64,000 nucleotides of DNA, from positions 96,001 through 160,000 of the forward strand of contig CAWBNQ010000005.1 in NCBI GenBank assembly GCA_963790205.1, written 5' to 3'. The stretch is from Nitrospirota bacterium (lineage in GTDB: Bacteria; Nitrospirota; UBA9217). The translations under genes and the position numbers were made by a program. Each line of letters starts with the position of its first letter. Position 1 is the stretch's first letter. Below are positions 1-12,063 of this stretch, piece by piece. Below the pieces are notes generated by a model, which was not told the origin of the DNA, searched no databases, and worked only from the letters and a program-made list of their open reading frames with translations.

Positions 1-1
1 C

Positions 2-1633
<1,632 letters not shown>

Positions 1634-1659
1634 TGGGGTCTGCAGCAGAGCGCAGCGGT

Positions 1660-1750
1660 AAGCACGAAATCTCAAGCACGAAACAATGCGTAAAGTAAAT
1701 AACTCCAAATCTCAAGGTCCAAACTGTTTGTGGTTCGGTGTTTTCGCGAT
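1660..1750. repeat. Degenerate heptamer-periodic intergenic array
   Basis: AAGCACG AAATCTC AAGCACG AAAC ... AACTCC AAATCTC AAGGTCC AAAC, followed by a complementary T/G-rich arm. Confidence 0.65.
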
Positions 1751-2620
1751 ATGAATTCTCACGCAATGCCCAGAAGGCTTCCTCCCTGGTTCAAGCTCAA
1801 GCGTAGGGCAGGGGAGCAGTTGAACACGGTCCGGAGCCTGATCTTGACCAACAAGCTTCACACGGTCTGCCAAAGCGCGGCCTGCCCGAACCAGACCGAA
1901 TGCTGGAATGAAGGCACGGCAACATTCATGGTCCTCGGCAACGTCTGTACCCGCGGATGCAGGTTCTGCAATGTTCCCAAAGGCGTTCCGCAGGGTTTGG
2001 ACCTGGATGAACCTAATCGCGTGGCCGATGCCGTAGCAGCCCTGAAGCTCAACTATGCCGTAGTCACTTCGGTCACGCGTGACGATCTTGCTGACGGCGG
2101 GGCGGAGATCTTCGCCCGGACCATCCAGGCCATCCGCTCAAAGTCTCCAGAATGCCGCATAGAAGTTCTGATCCCCGATTTTCAAGGCTCCGAGCCATCG
2201 CTCAGAATTGTTATTGACGCTAAGCCCGATATCCTTAACCACAATCTTGAAACCGTGCCGTCCCTTTATTCCCGTGTAAGGCCCCAAGCTGATTATCGCA
2301 GGTCCCTGGAGCTTCTTTCCCGTGCCAGAGCCTGCGGCGCTGTTACAAAGACAGGGCTTATGCTGGGACTCGGCGAGGAGAGAGAGGAACTTCTCGCGGT
2401 CATGCGTGATTTATGCGATGTCGGCTGCTCCATCCTGACACTGGGTCAATATCTCCGGCCAAGCAAGACCCACCTGGCAGTTGAGAAATACTACCATCCT
2501 GATGAATTTGCATTACTGCGGGACCAGGCTCTGGCCCTGGGCTTCCATCAAGTTGTAGCAGGCCCGCTTGTCAGAAGTTCGTATCACGCGGAGAAATACG
2601 GAACAGCGAGCAGCGGCTAG
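1751..2620 (+). CDS. lipA: Lipoyl synthase
   Basis: CX4CX5C (CQSAACPNQTEC), CX3CX2C (CTRGCRFC), NHNLETV and C-terminal RSSY; start is ATG 1751 or 1766. Confidence 0.96.
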   Translation: MNSHAMPRRLPPWFKLKRRAGEQLNTVRSLILTNKLHTVCQSAACPNQTECWNEGTATFMVLGNVCTRGCRFCNVPKGVPQGLDLDEPNRVADAVAALKLNYAVVTSVTRDDLADGGAEIFARTIQAIRSKSPECRIEVLIPDFQGSEPSLRIVIDAKPDILNHNLETVPSLYSRVRPQADYRRSLELLSRARACGAVTKTGLMLGLGEEREELLAVMRDLCDVGCSILTLGQYLRPSKTHLAVEKYYHPDEFALLRDQALALGFHQVVAGPLVRSSYHAEKYGTASSG

Positions 2621-2755
2621 TCAATTATCCCGCTATAAAATATTTATCCTCTGCGCTAATCATCTTTTGCTTCACCTTCAAAACGACACTTTTAAATAAG
2701 CAGGGAGTGTGGTGGGAAAAAACCAGGACATGCCGCATCCTGGCTTATTTGAACG

Positions 2756-2783
2756 ATTTAACATAATATACATTATCAGACAA
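2756..2783 (-). other. dif: dif site (XerC/XerD chromosome dimer resolution)
   Basis: Minus strand reads TTGTCTGATAA-TGTATA-TTATGTTAAAT; the XerD arm and spacer are identical to E. coli dif; it lies in an AT-rich gap between convergent genes. Confidence 0.88.
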
Positions 2784-2896
2784 TAATAAATTTAATGTAT
2801 ATGTTTATTATATAGCCTATAAGCTATTGTTTTAAAGTATTAATAATATATGTTATGTGCATAGTTATGCCTCATCTGATAAAAAGGCAATATTCA

Positions 2897-2978
2897 TTCG
2901 CAGATTTCAGAGATTAAATTAAATGGGAACAGGCTCTTATTAGGAATGTTTAATCAGCGTCATCTGCGAAATCCGTGG
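2897..2978. repeat. Inverted element with ~9-nt periodic arms
   Basis: TTCGCAGAT-TTCAGAGATT (2897-2915) versus AATCAGCGT-CATCTGCGA-AATCCGTGG (2952-2978); perfect 9-bp inverted pair TTCGCAGAT/ATCTGCGAA. Confidence 0.55.
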
Positions 2979-3034
2979 AATAGATAGATTAGATGAGATA
3001 ATAGAAGTATTTGGGCAGGTTGTGTGAATTGTTG

Positions 3035-3919
3035 TTAGAATTTCATGCTCGCCATACCGATGACCCGGCTTGCATTTTCGAACCCTTCTACTCGTTTACG
3101 CAGGAACTGAGAACCGATCGTAAGGTTGAACCTTTCACTGACCAATCTCAAGCCTAAGGTCAGCGCGGTATAATCGCCGCCCACCGCGGATATCTTATCG
3201 ATGCCGTTTACCAGGTTATATTCTACGATTACCTGTAGATTACGATATTTGCTGATAGGATAAAGCAGCCCGATATTCAGGATCCCATACATGTCCCTGA
3301 AACGGTCATCTGTTGAGTCGTGGACCACCATTTGACCGTCAATGCAGGCAAGGAGGGCATGGTCTCCCCATGTAATCTCACGGCCGGCGGACAGACCGAA
3401 TTTCGCTCCCCAATGAGCTACAACGCCAAGGTTCAAATCTCTGTCGCCCGTAGGCGCGATGCCGGTGACGATCAAGGCCACAGCGGGGTACAGAGAAGAT
3501 TCGGTTTGAGGCAGAAAATTCCACTTGTACGACAGTTCCGTGTCCCCTGTCCCTTTCCTCGTCTCTCCCTGGTTCATGGTTATATGAAAATCGGAGCTTT
3601 GAACAGCTAACTCCATATTTTGAGCAATTCCCGCTGTTATGCTGAGAATGGGCAGTTCGCTGACAGTGAAGTCAGGAATGGTGCTGTTTTCCGAAAGAGT
3701 AGCGGCTGCAATCTCTATCGATCGTGTCGGGAGTGTGAAGGGGGCAGTCGTGAACACGAGACCAGTGAGGCCGGACATATTGACCGGCCGGTTTATCAGT
3801 TCGAGCTCTTCAGCCGGGGAAGAAGAAGTCGAAAGGAGCAGGACGATCGCCGTCAAAAGCAGCAGAACAAGGGATTGGCGCATGTTTCGAGAGAGTGTCT
3901 TGTGACGGGAAATAGCCAT
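3035..3919 (-). CDS. Putative outer-membrane beta-barrel protein (phenol MetA-pathway/SphA-like transporter family)
   Basis: Signal peptide, GTGDTELSYKWNF...PAVAL...PTGD motif, amphipathic strands and C-terminal Phe; TGATG coupling to plsY (alternative start 3883). Confidence 0.6.
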   Translation of the reverse strand: MAISRHKTLSRNMRQSLVLLLLTAIVLLLSTSSSPAEELELINRPVNMSGLTGLVFTTAPFTLPTRSIEIAAATLSENSTIPDFTVSELPILSITAGIAQNMELAVQSSDFHITMNQGETRKGTGDTELSYKWNFLPQTESSLYPAVALIVTGIAPTGDRDLNLGVVAHWGAKFGLSAGREITWGDHALLACIDGQMVVHDSTDDRFRDMYGILNIGLLYPISKYRNLQVIVEYNLVNGIDKISAVGGDYTALTLGLRLVSERFNLTIGSQFLRKRVEGFENASRVIGMASMKF

Positions 3920-4521
3920 CAGTTCTGTCCTATCTTCGGTTCTGTCCCGGCGATGAGCCGTTTGATGTTCTCACGATGCCGGTAGTAGATCATGCCGAAA
4001 ATGAAAAGCGAAAGCAGGCTCATGGGCCTCGAAGCTCCATACAGGGCGAAGGTAAGCACGGGATAGAGCACAAAGGACAGGAGCGCGGAAAGAGATGAAT
4101 ACCGCCAGACAGCGGCGGCAAAAAGCCAGGCGATAAGACAGGCAAACCCGATCCAGGGAACTGTCGCCAGGACCACGCCGTAGCTTGTCGCCACGCCCTT
4201 CCCGCCCTTGAATCCGAGATAGACGGGGAAATTGTGCCCGAGAACGGCCGCGGCCCCGGATAAAGACGCAAGAGCATCATCATGGAACAGGAATCGTACT
4301 GCCAGGACGGGCAGAAGCCCTTTGAAGCAGTCGGCAAGCAGGGTTAAGGCCGCAGCCCTCTTGCCCGCGGCGCGCAGGACATTCGTGGCCCCGATGTTGC
4401 CGCTCCCCACAGTTCGGACGTCGACGTTCGAAAACAGCCTGCTGAAAAGAAGCCCGAACGGCACGGCGCCGAGAAGGTAGGACAGTATGACAGCGAGTAT
4501 AATGATCAGCTTATAGTTCAT
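3919..4521 (-). CDS. plsY: Glycerol-3-phosphate 1-O-acyltransferase PlsY
   Basis: GSGNIGATNVLR, GHNFP, FKGGKGVAT and HRENIKRL motifs. Confidence 0.97.
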   Translation of the reverse strand: MNYKLIIILAVILSYLLGAVPFGLLFSRLFSNVDVRTVGSGNIGATNVLRAAGKRAAALTLLADCFKGLLPVLAVRFLFHDDALASLSGAAAVLGHNFPVYLGFKGGKGVATSYGVVLATVPWIGFACLIAWLFAAAVWRYSSLSALLSFVLYPVLTFALYGASRPMSLLSLFIFGMIYYRHRENIKRLIAGTEPKIGQN

Positions 4522-4615
4522 AGCTCAATGTTCAGAGTTTTTTGTTGAAACTACAGCGAGTACAATGACTCAATACTAATACAAACGAAGTAAATATTGT
4601 TACATCCAGGAAAGT

Positions 4616-4650
4616 CCCCCCTCACCCGGCCCTCTCCCGTCTGGGGGACG
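4616..4650. repeat. BoxC-like purine/pyrimidine repeat (single degenerate copy)
   Basis: CCCCTCACCCGGCCCTCTCCCGTCTGGGGGA resembles the pair of copies at 17051-17145. Confidence 0.55.
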
Positions 4651-4734
4651 TGAAGGTCCGTAAATGAAGGGACAAAAGGTGAAAAGCAAATCAGTAACGA
4701 TTTCAAATGCGTATGTATTAAAAACTCAAAACTA

Positions 4735-5286
4735 CTACTGGTCGAGCTGGTTCCAGTACTTCATGAAATACTGCACTGCCGAGAACACGGCAAGGAACAT
4801 GGCGACCCAGAGCGCGATACGGCCGAGGTCCGTCAGCCAGCCCTTGTCCAGATAATAGTCGAGCAGGAGCGAGAGCACAGCGGTAATCTGCGCGCCGACC
4901 TTGTATTTCCCAACCGTTTCCGCCGGAATGACGATCCCTTCGCTGGCGGCTATGGCGCGGAGCCCTGTCACGGCGAACTCCCGTCCGATAAGGACGATGG
5001 CCATCCAGGAACGCACGACCTCGGAGCGTATTTCCACCAGAGTGACCAGCGCGGCCATGATCAATATTTTGTCGGCAATCGGGTCGAGCAGCTTGCCGAC
5101 CTTGGTCACCTGTCCCCACTTCCGTGCGAGATAACCGTCGAGCCAGTCGGTTGCAGATGCCAGTGAAAAAACGATGCCGGCAACAAGGGCCCGGACAGGG
5201 CTGGGCTCGAGCATGAGAATGATGAACACCGGCACAGACAGGATCCTGCTCAGCGAGAGAAGGTTCGGTACGTTAAAAATTTTCAC
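4735..5286 (-). CDS. pgsA: CDP-diacylglycerol--glycerol-3-phosphate 3-phosphatidyltransferase
   Basis: NVPNLLSLSR and TDWLDGYLARKWGQVTKVGKLLDPIADK; GTG start at 5286 with GGAGG SD and a GTGA overlap with the upstream stop. Confidence 0.95.
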   Translation of the reverse strand: MKIFNVPNLLSLSRILSVPVFIILMLEPSPVRALVAGIVFSLASATDWLDGYLARKWGQVTKVGKLLDPIADKILIMAALVTLVEIRSEVVRSWMAIVLIGREFAVTGLRAIAASEGIVIPAETVGKYKVGAQITAVLSLLLDYYLDKGWLTDLGRIALWVAMFLAVFSAVQYFMKYWNQLDQ

Positions 5287-6182
5287 GGCTGCCTCCTCCA
5301 CCTGCGGTGCATCCAGACCCACTGCTCGGGGTTTCGCGCGATACGGTCTTCTATTTTTTGGGTAAGCATGGCGGTATTGGCAATGATGTCTTTTTCGTCA
5401 TTGCCCGTTCGCACGAGTTCGAGCGGGCCTTCAATGGTTATCGTATGCCGGTTATCGTCGCCGCGCTGGATCGTGCCGAATATCATCGGCGCTCCGAATT
5501 TGATCGCCATGGAAGCCGCGGCCGTGGGAGTCCAGGCCGGCCTGCCCATAAAATCCACGAAAGCGCTCTCCACATCCGTGTCTTGATCGATCAGTATGCC
5601 GAGGATCCTGTTTTCCTTGAATATCCGTATCAATTCCCGGGATGCGCCCGGCCTGCCGCGGAGAATGGTCCTGACCCCCATTTTGGCACGCAGTCGGACG
5701 ATCATTTCGTTGACCTGCTCCGGTTCGATGGGCGCGGCAATCACGCTGAGACTATTTATTGCCGCGACGGTATGGCCCATCAGCTCCCAGTTGCCGATAT
5801 GGCCGGTGACGTAGACGACACCCTTGTTCAGGCTGAGAGCGACCCGAAGGTTCTCTTCTCCCTGAACATCAACAACCTGCGCAAGGCGGCGGGGAGAGAT
5901 GAGCATCACTTCGAGCAGGCTCTTGCCTAGATGGATGAAGCTTCGCTGCGCGGTGCGTTGTATCCAGGGACGGCCTTTCTTGCCGAACGCCATGGTAAGG
6001 TGCGCGATCGCCCTGTTCCTTTCCCGGGGAAGAATGTAGTACGCGATGAATCCGAGGATCCCGCCTGCGGATACGCCGAGACGGTAGGGCATCAGTTTCG
6101 ACACCAGCAGGATGGACCTGATTGACCAGGTAAGAGACAGGCGAGATAAGGTTTTTCGCGCTTTGTGCAGCCGGTTTTTCAT
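5283..6182 (-). CDS. Lipid A late acyltransferase (LpxL/HtrB family)
   Basis: GHIGNWE, LIDQD, VDFMG and PEQWVWMHRRW motifs; Kdo operon context. Confidence 0.9.
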   Translation of the reverse strand: MKNRLHKARKTLSRLSLTWSIRSILLVSKLMPYRLGVSAGGILGFIAYYILPRERNRAIAHLTMAFGKKGRPWIQRTAQRSFIHLGKSLLEVMLISPRRLAQVVDVQGEENLRVALSLNKGVVYVTGHIGNWELMGHTVAAINSLSVIAAPIEPEQVNEMIVRLRAKMGVRTILRGRPGASRELIRIFKENRILGILIDQDTDVESAFVDFMGRPAWTPTAAASMAIKFGAPMIFGTIQRGDDNRHTITIEGPLELVRTGNDEKDIIANTAMLTQKIEDRIARNPEQWVWMHRRWRRQP

Positions 6183-6700
6183 GAAGCGCCGGGCCTGTCC
6201 CGGTTTTTCAGGATGAGGTTTATTACTTCACGCACGGCACCCCGGCCCCCTGCGGTCTTCGTGATCATATCCACATGGGACCTGACGGAGGGGTCGGCAT
6301 CGGCAACGGCAGCGGCAAGGCCCACCCGCTTGAAGATCGACACATCAACAATGTCGTCGCCGATATAAGCAACCTCTTCGTCGCGCAGACCGTATTGAGA
6401 GACCAGTGAATCGTACACAATAATTTTTTCCTTGGCGCCCTGATGAACTTCTTGTATGCCCAGTTCCCGGGCACGGACATTCACTACTTCCGATGATCTG
6501 CCGGTGATGATGCCGATGACGATCCCCGCCTTCTGCGCAAGTTTTATCCCGTGGCCGTCCCTCACGTGAAAGGCTTTGGTCTCCTTCCCCTGGTCGTCCA
6601 GGATGATCGTTCCGTCGGTCATCACACCGTCCACGTCGAGCAGGAGCAGCCTGATCTTTTTTGCTTTTGATTGGAGGCTCGGTTTTTTCCCGGTTTTCAT
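6179..6700 (-). CDS. kdsC: KDO 8-phosphate phosphatase
   Basis: HAD DVDGVMTDG, FHVRDGHG, GDDIVD and GGRGAVRE; ATG 6700 preferred as start. Confidence 0.95.
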   Translation of the reverse strand: MKTGKKPSLQSKAKKIRLLLLDVDGVMTDGTIILDDQGKETKAFHVRDGHGIKLAQKAGIVIGIITGRSSEVVNVRARELGIQEVHQGAKEKIIVYDSLVSQYGLRDEEVAYIGDDIVDVSIFKRVGLAAAVADADPSVRSHVDMITKTAGGRGAVREVINLILKNRDRPGAS

Positions 6701-6708
6701 AATTAAGA

Positions 6709-6784
6709 ATCGCACAGGGCATGCTGCATAGAGGATAGCGCATATGTGCTTTCTGCTCTTATCTTGGCTTTCTGCGCTCTGCCT
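6709..6784. repeat. Degenerate heptamer-periodic inverted array
   Basis: AGGGCAT GCTGCAT AGAGGAT AGCGCAT | ATGTGCT TTCTGCT ... CTGCGCT. Confidence 0.55.
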
Positions 6785-6789
6785 GTTTA

Positions 6790-7758
6790 CTACACAACGC
6801 CCGCTTTCAAAAGATCATGGAGGTGGATCACCCCCTCGGGCCTGTCGTCATGACCAGAAACAATAAGGCAGGTAATCGAGTTCTTTTCCATTAATGCAAC
6901 AGCCTCGGCCGCAAGGGAATCTTTATTGGCCATTTTCGGTTTCCGGGTCATGATGTCCACGGCTTTTTTAGCGAGGAGATTTTCCCCGCTCTTTTCGGTC
7001 TTCTCCATCCAGCGTCGGAGGTCCCCGTCGGAGATTACGCCCACGAGTTTCCCCGAGGCGTTCAGCACCGCGGTGATGCCCATTTTTTTCGACGATATTT
7101 CATAGATCGCATCCTTGATCAAGGTCTCCTCGGACACGACGGGAACGGCGTCTCCCGTATGCATCAGATCCCGGACGCGCAGCAGCAGCCTTTTACCGAG
7201 CGCACCGCCGGGATGAAAGCAGGCAAAGTCCTCTTCCTTGAATCCACGCTGGTCCAGGAGCACGACGGCCAGGGCGTCCCCCATGGCCAGGGTGGCCGTG
7301 GTGCTTGCCGTCGGCGCCAGCCCCAGGGGACAGGCTTCTTCCTTGACGCCGACGTTGATTACCACATCGCTGTTCTTGGCCAGGGTGGACTCGGGATTTC
7401 CCGTAAGCGCGATGATCTTTATACCGAGCCGTTTGAGCGAGGGCAGCATCAACGCGACTTCCTCGGTCTCGCCGCTATTGGACAGCGCGATCACCGTGTC
7501 TCCCCTCGTGACCATTCCGAGGTCACCGTGGATGCCTTCGGCGGGATGGAGAAAGAGGGCCGGCGTGCCCGTGGAAGCGAGCGTGGCCGCTATCTTTTTG
7601 CCGATGAGCCCGGACTTGCCCATGCCCGTCACCACCACGCGGCCTCTGCACTTGAGGACCATTTCCACTGCCTTCTCGAATTGCTCATCGATACGGTTGA
7701 CGAGCGCCGCGACCGCGTCTGCTTCTATTTTGAGGACCCGTTTTGCCCGTTCTTTCAT
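6790..7758 (-). CDS. kdsD: Arabinose-5-phosphate isomerase (KpsF/GutQ, SIS plus CBS)
   Basis: GMGKSG, HGDLG, SNSGET, APTAST and FHPGG motifs, plus a CBS pair. Confidence 0.96.
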   Translation of the reverse strand: MKERAKRVLKIEADAVAALVNRIDEQFEKAVEMVLKCRGRVVVTGMGKSGLIGKKIAATLASTGTPALFLHPAEGIHGDLGMVTRGDTVIALSNSGETEEVALMLPSLKRLGIKIIALTGNPESTLAKNSDVVINVGVKEEACPLGLAPTASTTATLAMGDALAVVLLDQRGFKEEDFACFHPGGALGKRLLLRVRDLMHTGDAVPVVSEETLIKDAIYEISSKKMGITAVLNASGKLVGVISDGDLRRWMEKTEKSGENLLAKKAVDIMTRKPKMANKDSLAAEAVALMEKNSITCLIVSGHDDRPEGVIHLHDLLKAGVV

Positions 7759-8576
7759 TTTTTCACGATCCTGTCTATTTCCTGGACCTGTTTCAGGAGC
7801 GCAGGAAGCTCGTCCAGGCCCAGCATGTTCGGCCCGTCGCAGAGCGCTTTGTCCGGGCAGGCGTGCACTTCCATGAACAGCGCGTCGATACCAGCCGCAA
7901 TTGCCGCCCTGGTGAGGTGCGGCACGAATTTACGGTCCCCCGACGATGCCGTGCCCCCCGCCCCCGGCAATTGCACGGAGTGTGTGGCGTCGAATACCAC
8001 GGGATATCCCAAATCGCGCATGATGGGCAGCGCGCGCATATCCGCGACGAGGTTGTTATATCCGAAGGAGACGCCCCGCTCGGTTATGATGATCTTGTCG
8101 TTGCCGGTGGACGCCGCCTTTTCTATCGCGTTCTTGATGTCCCAGGGGGCTAGAAACTGTCCCTTTTTGATATTTACTACTCTGCCCGTCTTTGCGACCT
8201 CCGTTACGAAATCGGTCTGCCTGCACAAAAAAGCGGGGATCTGCAGGATGTCCAGGATTTCGGCGGCAGGCGTGATCTCCTCAAAGCGGTGCACATCCGA
8301 GAGGAGCGGCAGGCCGAGTTCCCTGCCTACGCGGCCGAGGATGCGCAGGCCTTCCCTGAGCCCCGGTCCCCGGTAGGACTTTGCCGAACTGCGGTTGGCC
8401 TTGTCGAAGGACGACTTGAAAATGAAGGGCATGCCGAGTCCCGTGGTGATCTGCTTGAGCCGCATTGCTGCATCCATTGTCGCGTCTTCAGACTCGATTA
8501 CACAGGGACCGGCGATCAACACGACCGGGTTATTGCCGCCGATCGTTACGTTTTTGACGATGACCGTTCTTATCAC
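7755..8576 (-). CDS. kdsA: KDO 8-phosphate synthase
   Basis: [31 protein letters not shown] and FDATHS; GTG 8576 overlaps the pyrG stop. Confidence 0.97.
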   Translation of the reverse strand: MIRTVIVKNVTIGGNNPVVLIAGPCVIESEDATMDAAMRLKQITTGLGMPFIFKSSFDKANRSSAKSYRGPGLREGLRILGRVGRELGLPLLSDVHRFEEITPAAEILDILQIPAFLCRQTDFVTEVAKTGRVVNIKKGQFLAPWDIKNAIEKAASTGNDKIIITERGVSFGYNNLVADMRALPIMRDLGYPVVFDATHSVQLPGAGGTASSGDRKFVPHLTRAAIAAGIDALFMEVHACPDKALCDGPNMLGLDELPALLKQVQEIDRIVKK

Positions 8577-10234
8577 GACTGCTTCACCCGCTCTTTTTGC
8601 TTTAACGCTGCATTGATGAATGCCGTGAACAACGGATGCGGCTTGCGCGGCGTTGACTTGAACTCGGGATGGAACTGGCATCCGAGGAACCAGGGATGGT
8701 CCTTGAGTTCCACGATCTCGACCAGTTCGCCGTCCGGAGAGAGGCCGCTGATCACGAGCCCGGCCTTTTTCAGCGTGTCTTTATAACGGTTATTGAATTC
8801 GTACCGGTGGCGATGTCGCTCGGAGATCTCTCCCGCGCCGTATGCTGCGTAGGCATGGGTCCCTTTCTCAATCTGGCAAGGGTACGCGCCCAGGCGCATG
8901 CTGCCGCCTTTATCGCAGGCCATATCCCGCTTTTGCATGGACTGGGTGCGGTAATCGAACCACTGTTCAAGGAGATAGATCACGGGGTCCGGCGTCTGCT
9001 GGTCGAATTCCGAGCTGTTCGCCTTCTTGATACCGGCGAGGTTGCGCGCCATTTCGATCACGGCGCACTGCATGCCGAGGCAGATGCCGAAGTAGGGAAT
9101 CTTGTTCTCCCGCGCGTAGGTGACCGTGGCGATCTTGCCCTCTACCCCGCGGATGCCGAACCCGCCGGGAACAAGAATGCCGTCCATGTTCTTGAGCATT
9201 TCCTGCGCGCCTTTGCTCTCGACATCCTCCGAATCCACCCAACGGATATTCACCTTCGCGTCATTGGCAATGCCGCCGTGCGTAAGCGCTTCGCAGAGGC
9301 TCTTGTACGCTTCTTTGAGATCAATATATTTTCCGACCAGGGCGATGGTGACGTTCTTTGAAGGATGCTTGATGCGCTCGACGATCGTCTCCCACGTTTT
9401 CAGGTCGTTTTTGGAAGTCTTGAGTTCAAGCAGCTCGACGATCCGGTCGTCGATCCCCTCTTCGTGCAGATGGAGCGGGACCTCATAAATCGTTTCAACG
9501 TCCTGGGCGGTAATGACCGCGTTCTCATCAACGTTACAGAAGAGCGCGATCTTGCGCTTCATATCTTTGGGGATCGGCCGGTCGCTTCGACAGACAAGGA
9601 TGTTCGGCTGGATACCGATGGAGAGGAGCTCCTTGACGCTGTGTTGCGTGGGCTTGCTCTTGAGCTCGTCCGCGGCTTTTATGAACGGCACGAGCGTAAG
9701 GTGGACGTAGAGGACATTCTGCCTGCCGAGGTTGTATCTCATCTGTCTGATGGCTTCGAGGAACGGAAGGCTTTCGATGTCGCCGATGGTGCCGCCAATC
9801 TCGACGATCACGACGTCTTCATCGTCCGCGAGGTCCGTTATCGCGCGTTTGATCTCGTCGGTGATGTGCGGCACTACCTGGACCGTGCCTCCCAGGTAGT
9901 CTCCCCGCCGTTCCTTGGTGATCACATTGTTATAGATCCTGCCGGAGGTGAAATTGTTCTTCTGGCCGGTAGTGACGTTGCTGTACCGTTCGTAATGCCC
10001 CAAATCGAGATCGGTCTCCGCGCCGTCATCGGTCACGTAGACCTCGCCGTGCTGGAAGGGGCTCATCGTGCCCGGGTCGACGTTGATATACGGATCGAGT
10101 TTGAGGAAGGTCACCTTCAGTCCCCTGCTCTCGAGGAGCGCGCCGATCGAGGCGGCGGCAAGCCCCTTTCCGAGCGATGAGACCACTCCGCCGGTCACGA
10201 AAATGTATTTGGTCGGGACCTTTTTCTTTTCCAT
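8573..10234 (-). CDS. pyrG: CTP synthase
   Basis: [39 protein letters not shown] and QFHPEF. Confidence 0.99.
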   Translation of the reverse strand: MEKKKVPTKYIFVTGGVVSSLGKGLAAASIGALLESRGLKVTFLKLDPYINVDPGTMSPFQHGEVYVTDDGAETDLDLGHYERYSNVTTGQKNNFTSGRIYNNVITKERRGDYLGGTVQVVPHITDEIKRAITDLADDEDVVIVEIGGTIGDIESLPFLEAIRQMRYNLGRQNVLYVHLTLVPFIKAADELKSKPTQHSVKELLSIGIQPNILVCRSDRPIPKDMKRKIALFCNVDENAVITAQDVETIYEVPLHLHEEGIDDRIVELLELKTSKNDLKTWETIVERIKHPSKNVTIALVGKYIDLKEAYKSLCEALTHGGIANDAKVNIRWVDSEDVESKGAQEMLKNMDGILVPGGFGIRGVEGKIATVTYARENKIPYFGICLGMQCAVIEMARNLAGIKKANSSEFDQQTPDPVIYLLEQWFDYRTQSMQKRDMACDKGGSMRLGAYPCQIEKGTHAYAAYGAGEISERHRHRYEFNNRYKDTLKKAGLVISGLSPDGELVEIVELKDHPWFLGCQFHPEFKSTPRKPHPLFTAFINAALKQKERVKQS

Positions 10235-10236
10235 GT

Positions 10237-11016
10237 CTAATCTCTTCTTTCTTCCAGCCGTTGCAATATTTTACTCAAATCCCCGGGGATGTCAACACCA
10301 AAGGATTCGTGCCCGGTTACGACGGTCTTGATCCGGTGTCCCGATTCGAGCGCCCGGAGCTGTTCGAGCTTCTCCGCGGCTTCGAGCGGGGTCTGCGGCA
10401 TCTTTGCATAGGCAAGGAGGAAGTCCCGGCGGTAAACATACAGGCCTATGTGTTTGTACATGGAACCGGCGAACGGCATGTCGCCGAATGAGTTTTTACC
10501 CGCCCAGCAATCGCGGTCCCAGGGAATAGGTGCCCGCGAAAAATAAAGTGCAAAGCCCTTTTTGTCGAACACTACCTTGACCACGTTCGGATCAAAGGCC
10601 TCGCTCCGGTCCTCTATCTTTTTGCATACCGTACCCATTCGGAGAGAAGCATCCTTGACAAGCGGCGTGACGGCTTCGTCTATCATATCCGGATGGATTA
10701 ATGGTTCATCGCCCTGTACATTGACCACGATATCGCAGGTCAACGCACGGGCGACCTCGGCGATTCTGTCCGTTCCGGTGGAATGATCGGAAGAGGTCAT
10801 GACCGCTTCGCCGCCAAAGGCTGTAACCGCTTTCCGGATACGCTCGTCGTCCGTGGCCACCATGACCCGGCTGACGAGCCGCGACTGCTTTGTCCGCTCG
10901 TATACCCACTGGATCATCGGTTTGTCTTTGATCAGCGCGAGCGATTTTCCGGGAAACCGCGTGGAGCCGTACCGTGCGGGGATGATGGCTACGATGGTGT
11001 TCAGGTCGTTCTTCAT
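10237..11016 (-). CDS. kdsB: 3-deoxy-manno-octulosonate cytidylyltransferase
   Basis: [28 protein letters not shown] and EKLEQLR. Confidence 0.97.
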   Translation of the reverse strand: MKNDLNTIVAIIPARYGSTRFPGKSLALIKDKPMIQWVYERTKQSRLVSRVMVATDDERIRKAVTAFGGEAVMTSSDHSTGTDRIAEVARALTCDIVVNVQGDEPLIHPDMIDEAVTPLVKDASLRMGTVCKKIEDRSEAFDPNVVKVVFDKKGFALYFSRAPIPWDRDCWAGKNSFGDMPFAGSMYKHIGLYVYRRDFLLAYAKMPQTPLEAAEKLEQLRALESGHRIKTVVTGHESFGVDIPGDLSKILQRLEERRD

Positions 11017-11948
11017 TACACCGAAAGTTCTTTCCTGAAAAAATCAATCGTCCTCTTCAACCCTTCATCCACCGACACCTTCGGTTTCCAGCCGAGTTTC
11101 TCGCCGGCGAGGGTGATATCTGGCTGACGCTGGGTCGGATCGTCAGAGGGCAGCGGTTTATGAACGATCTTCGACTTGGAGCCCGTCATGGCAACGATCT
11201 TTTTTGCAAAGTCCAGTATGGTATATTCGTCGGGATTCCCAAGGTTCACCGGACCCGCGAACTTTTCGCACTCCATCATCCGTACCAATCCCTCGACGAG
11301 GTCGTCGACATAGCAGAACGAGCGCGTCTGGGAACCATCGCCATAGACGGTGATCTCCTGCCCCTTGAGCGCCTGGACGATGAAATTGCTCACCACTCTG
11401 CCGTCGTCGGGGAGCATGCGCGGTCCGTAGGTGTTGAAGATCCTCACGATCCTGATATCGACCCGGTTCTGACGATGATAGTCCATCATCAAGGTCTCCG
11501 CGGCCCGTTTCCCTTCGTCGTAACAGCTCCTGATGCCGATGGGGTTCACATTTCCCCAGTAGTCTTCCTTCTGGGGATGCACGGCCGGATCACCGTATAC
11601 CTCCGACGTGGACGCCAGGAGCATCCTGGCCCTGACCCGCTTGGCGATCCCGAGCATGTTGAGCGTTCCGAGGATGTTGGTCTTGATGGTCTTGACGGGG
11701 TTATACTGATAGTGGATCGGCGAGGCAGGACATGCGAGGTGATATATCTTATCGACCTCCAGCAGGATGGGCAGGACGATGTCGTGGCGCACCAGCTCGA
11801 ATTCGGGATTTTTGAGAAGTCCGGCAACGTTCCCTTTCCTCCCGGTGAAAAAATTGTCCAGGCACAGAACTTCATGCCCTTCATCAAGCAATCGCTCGCA
11901 CAGATGCGATCCTAAAAAACCCGCTCCGCCGGTAACAAGTATTCTCAC
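11016..11948 (-). CDS. UDP-glucuronate decarboxylase (UDP-xylose synthase family)
   Basis: [35 protein letters not shown] and [10 protein letters not shown]. Confidence 0.92.
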   Translation of the reverse strand: MRILVTGGAGFLGSHLCERLLDEGHEVLCLDNFFTGRKGNVAGLLKNPEFELVRHDIVLPILLEVDKIYHLACPASPIHYQYNPVKTIKTNILGTLNMLGIAKRVRARMLLASTSEVYGDPAVHPQKEDYWGNVNPIGIRSCYDEGKRAAETLMMDYHRQNRVDIRIVRIFNTYGPRMLPDDGRVVSNFIVQALKGQEITVYGDGSQTRSFCYVDDLVEGLVRMMECEKFAGPVNLGNPDEYTILDFAKKIVAMTGSKSKIVHKPLPSDDPTQRQPDITLAGEKLGWKPKVSVDEGLKRTIDFFRKELSV

Positions 11949-11970
11949 TTAAAATCTCCTCATAAAAAAA

Positions 11971-12063
11971 GATACGAAATGCAGCAGAATGCATGATGCC
12001 GGATCAAATCCTATGACATCCGTCTTCGAAATCCGATCTTGTATCAGGCATCATGAATCCCGC
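11971..12063. repeat. Degenerate heptamer-periodic inverted array
   Basis: AATGCAT GATGCCG GAT versus ATCTTGT ATCAGGC ATCATGA ATCCCGC; 14/16 inverted match. Confidence 0.6.
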
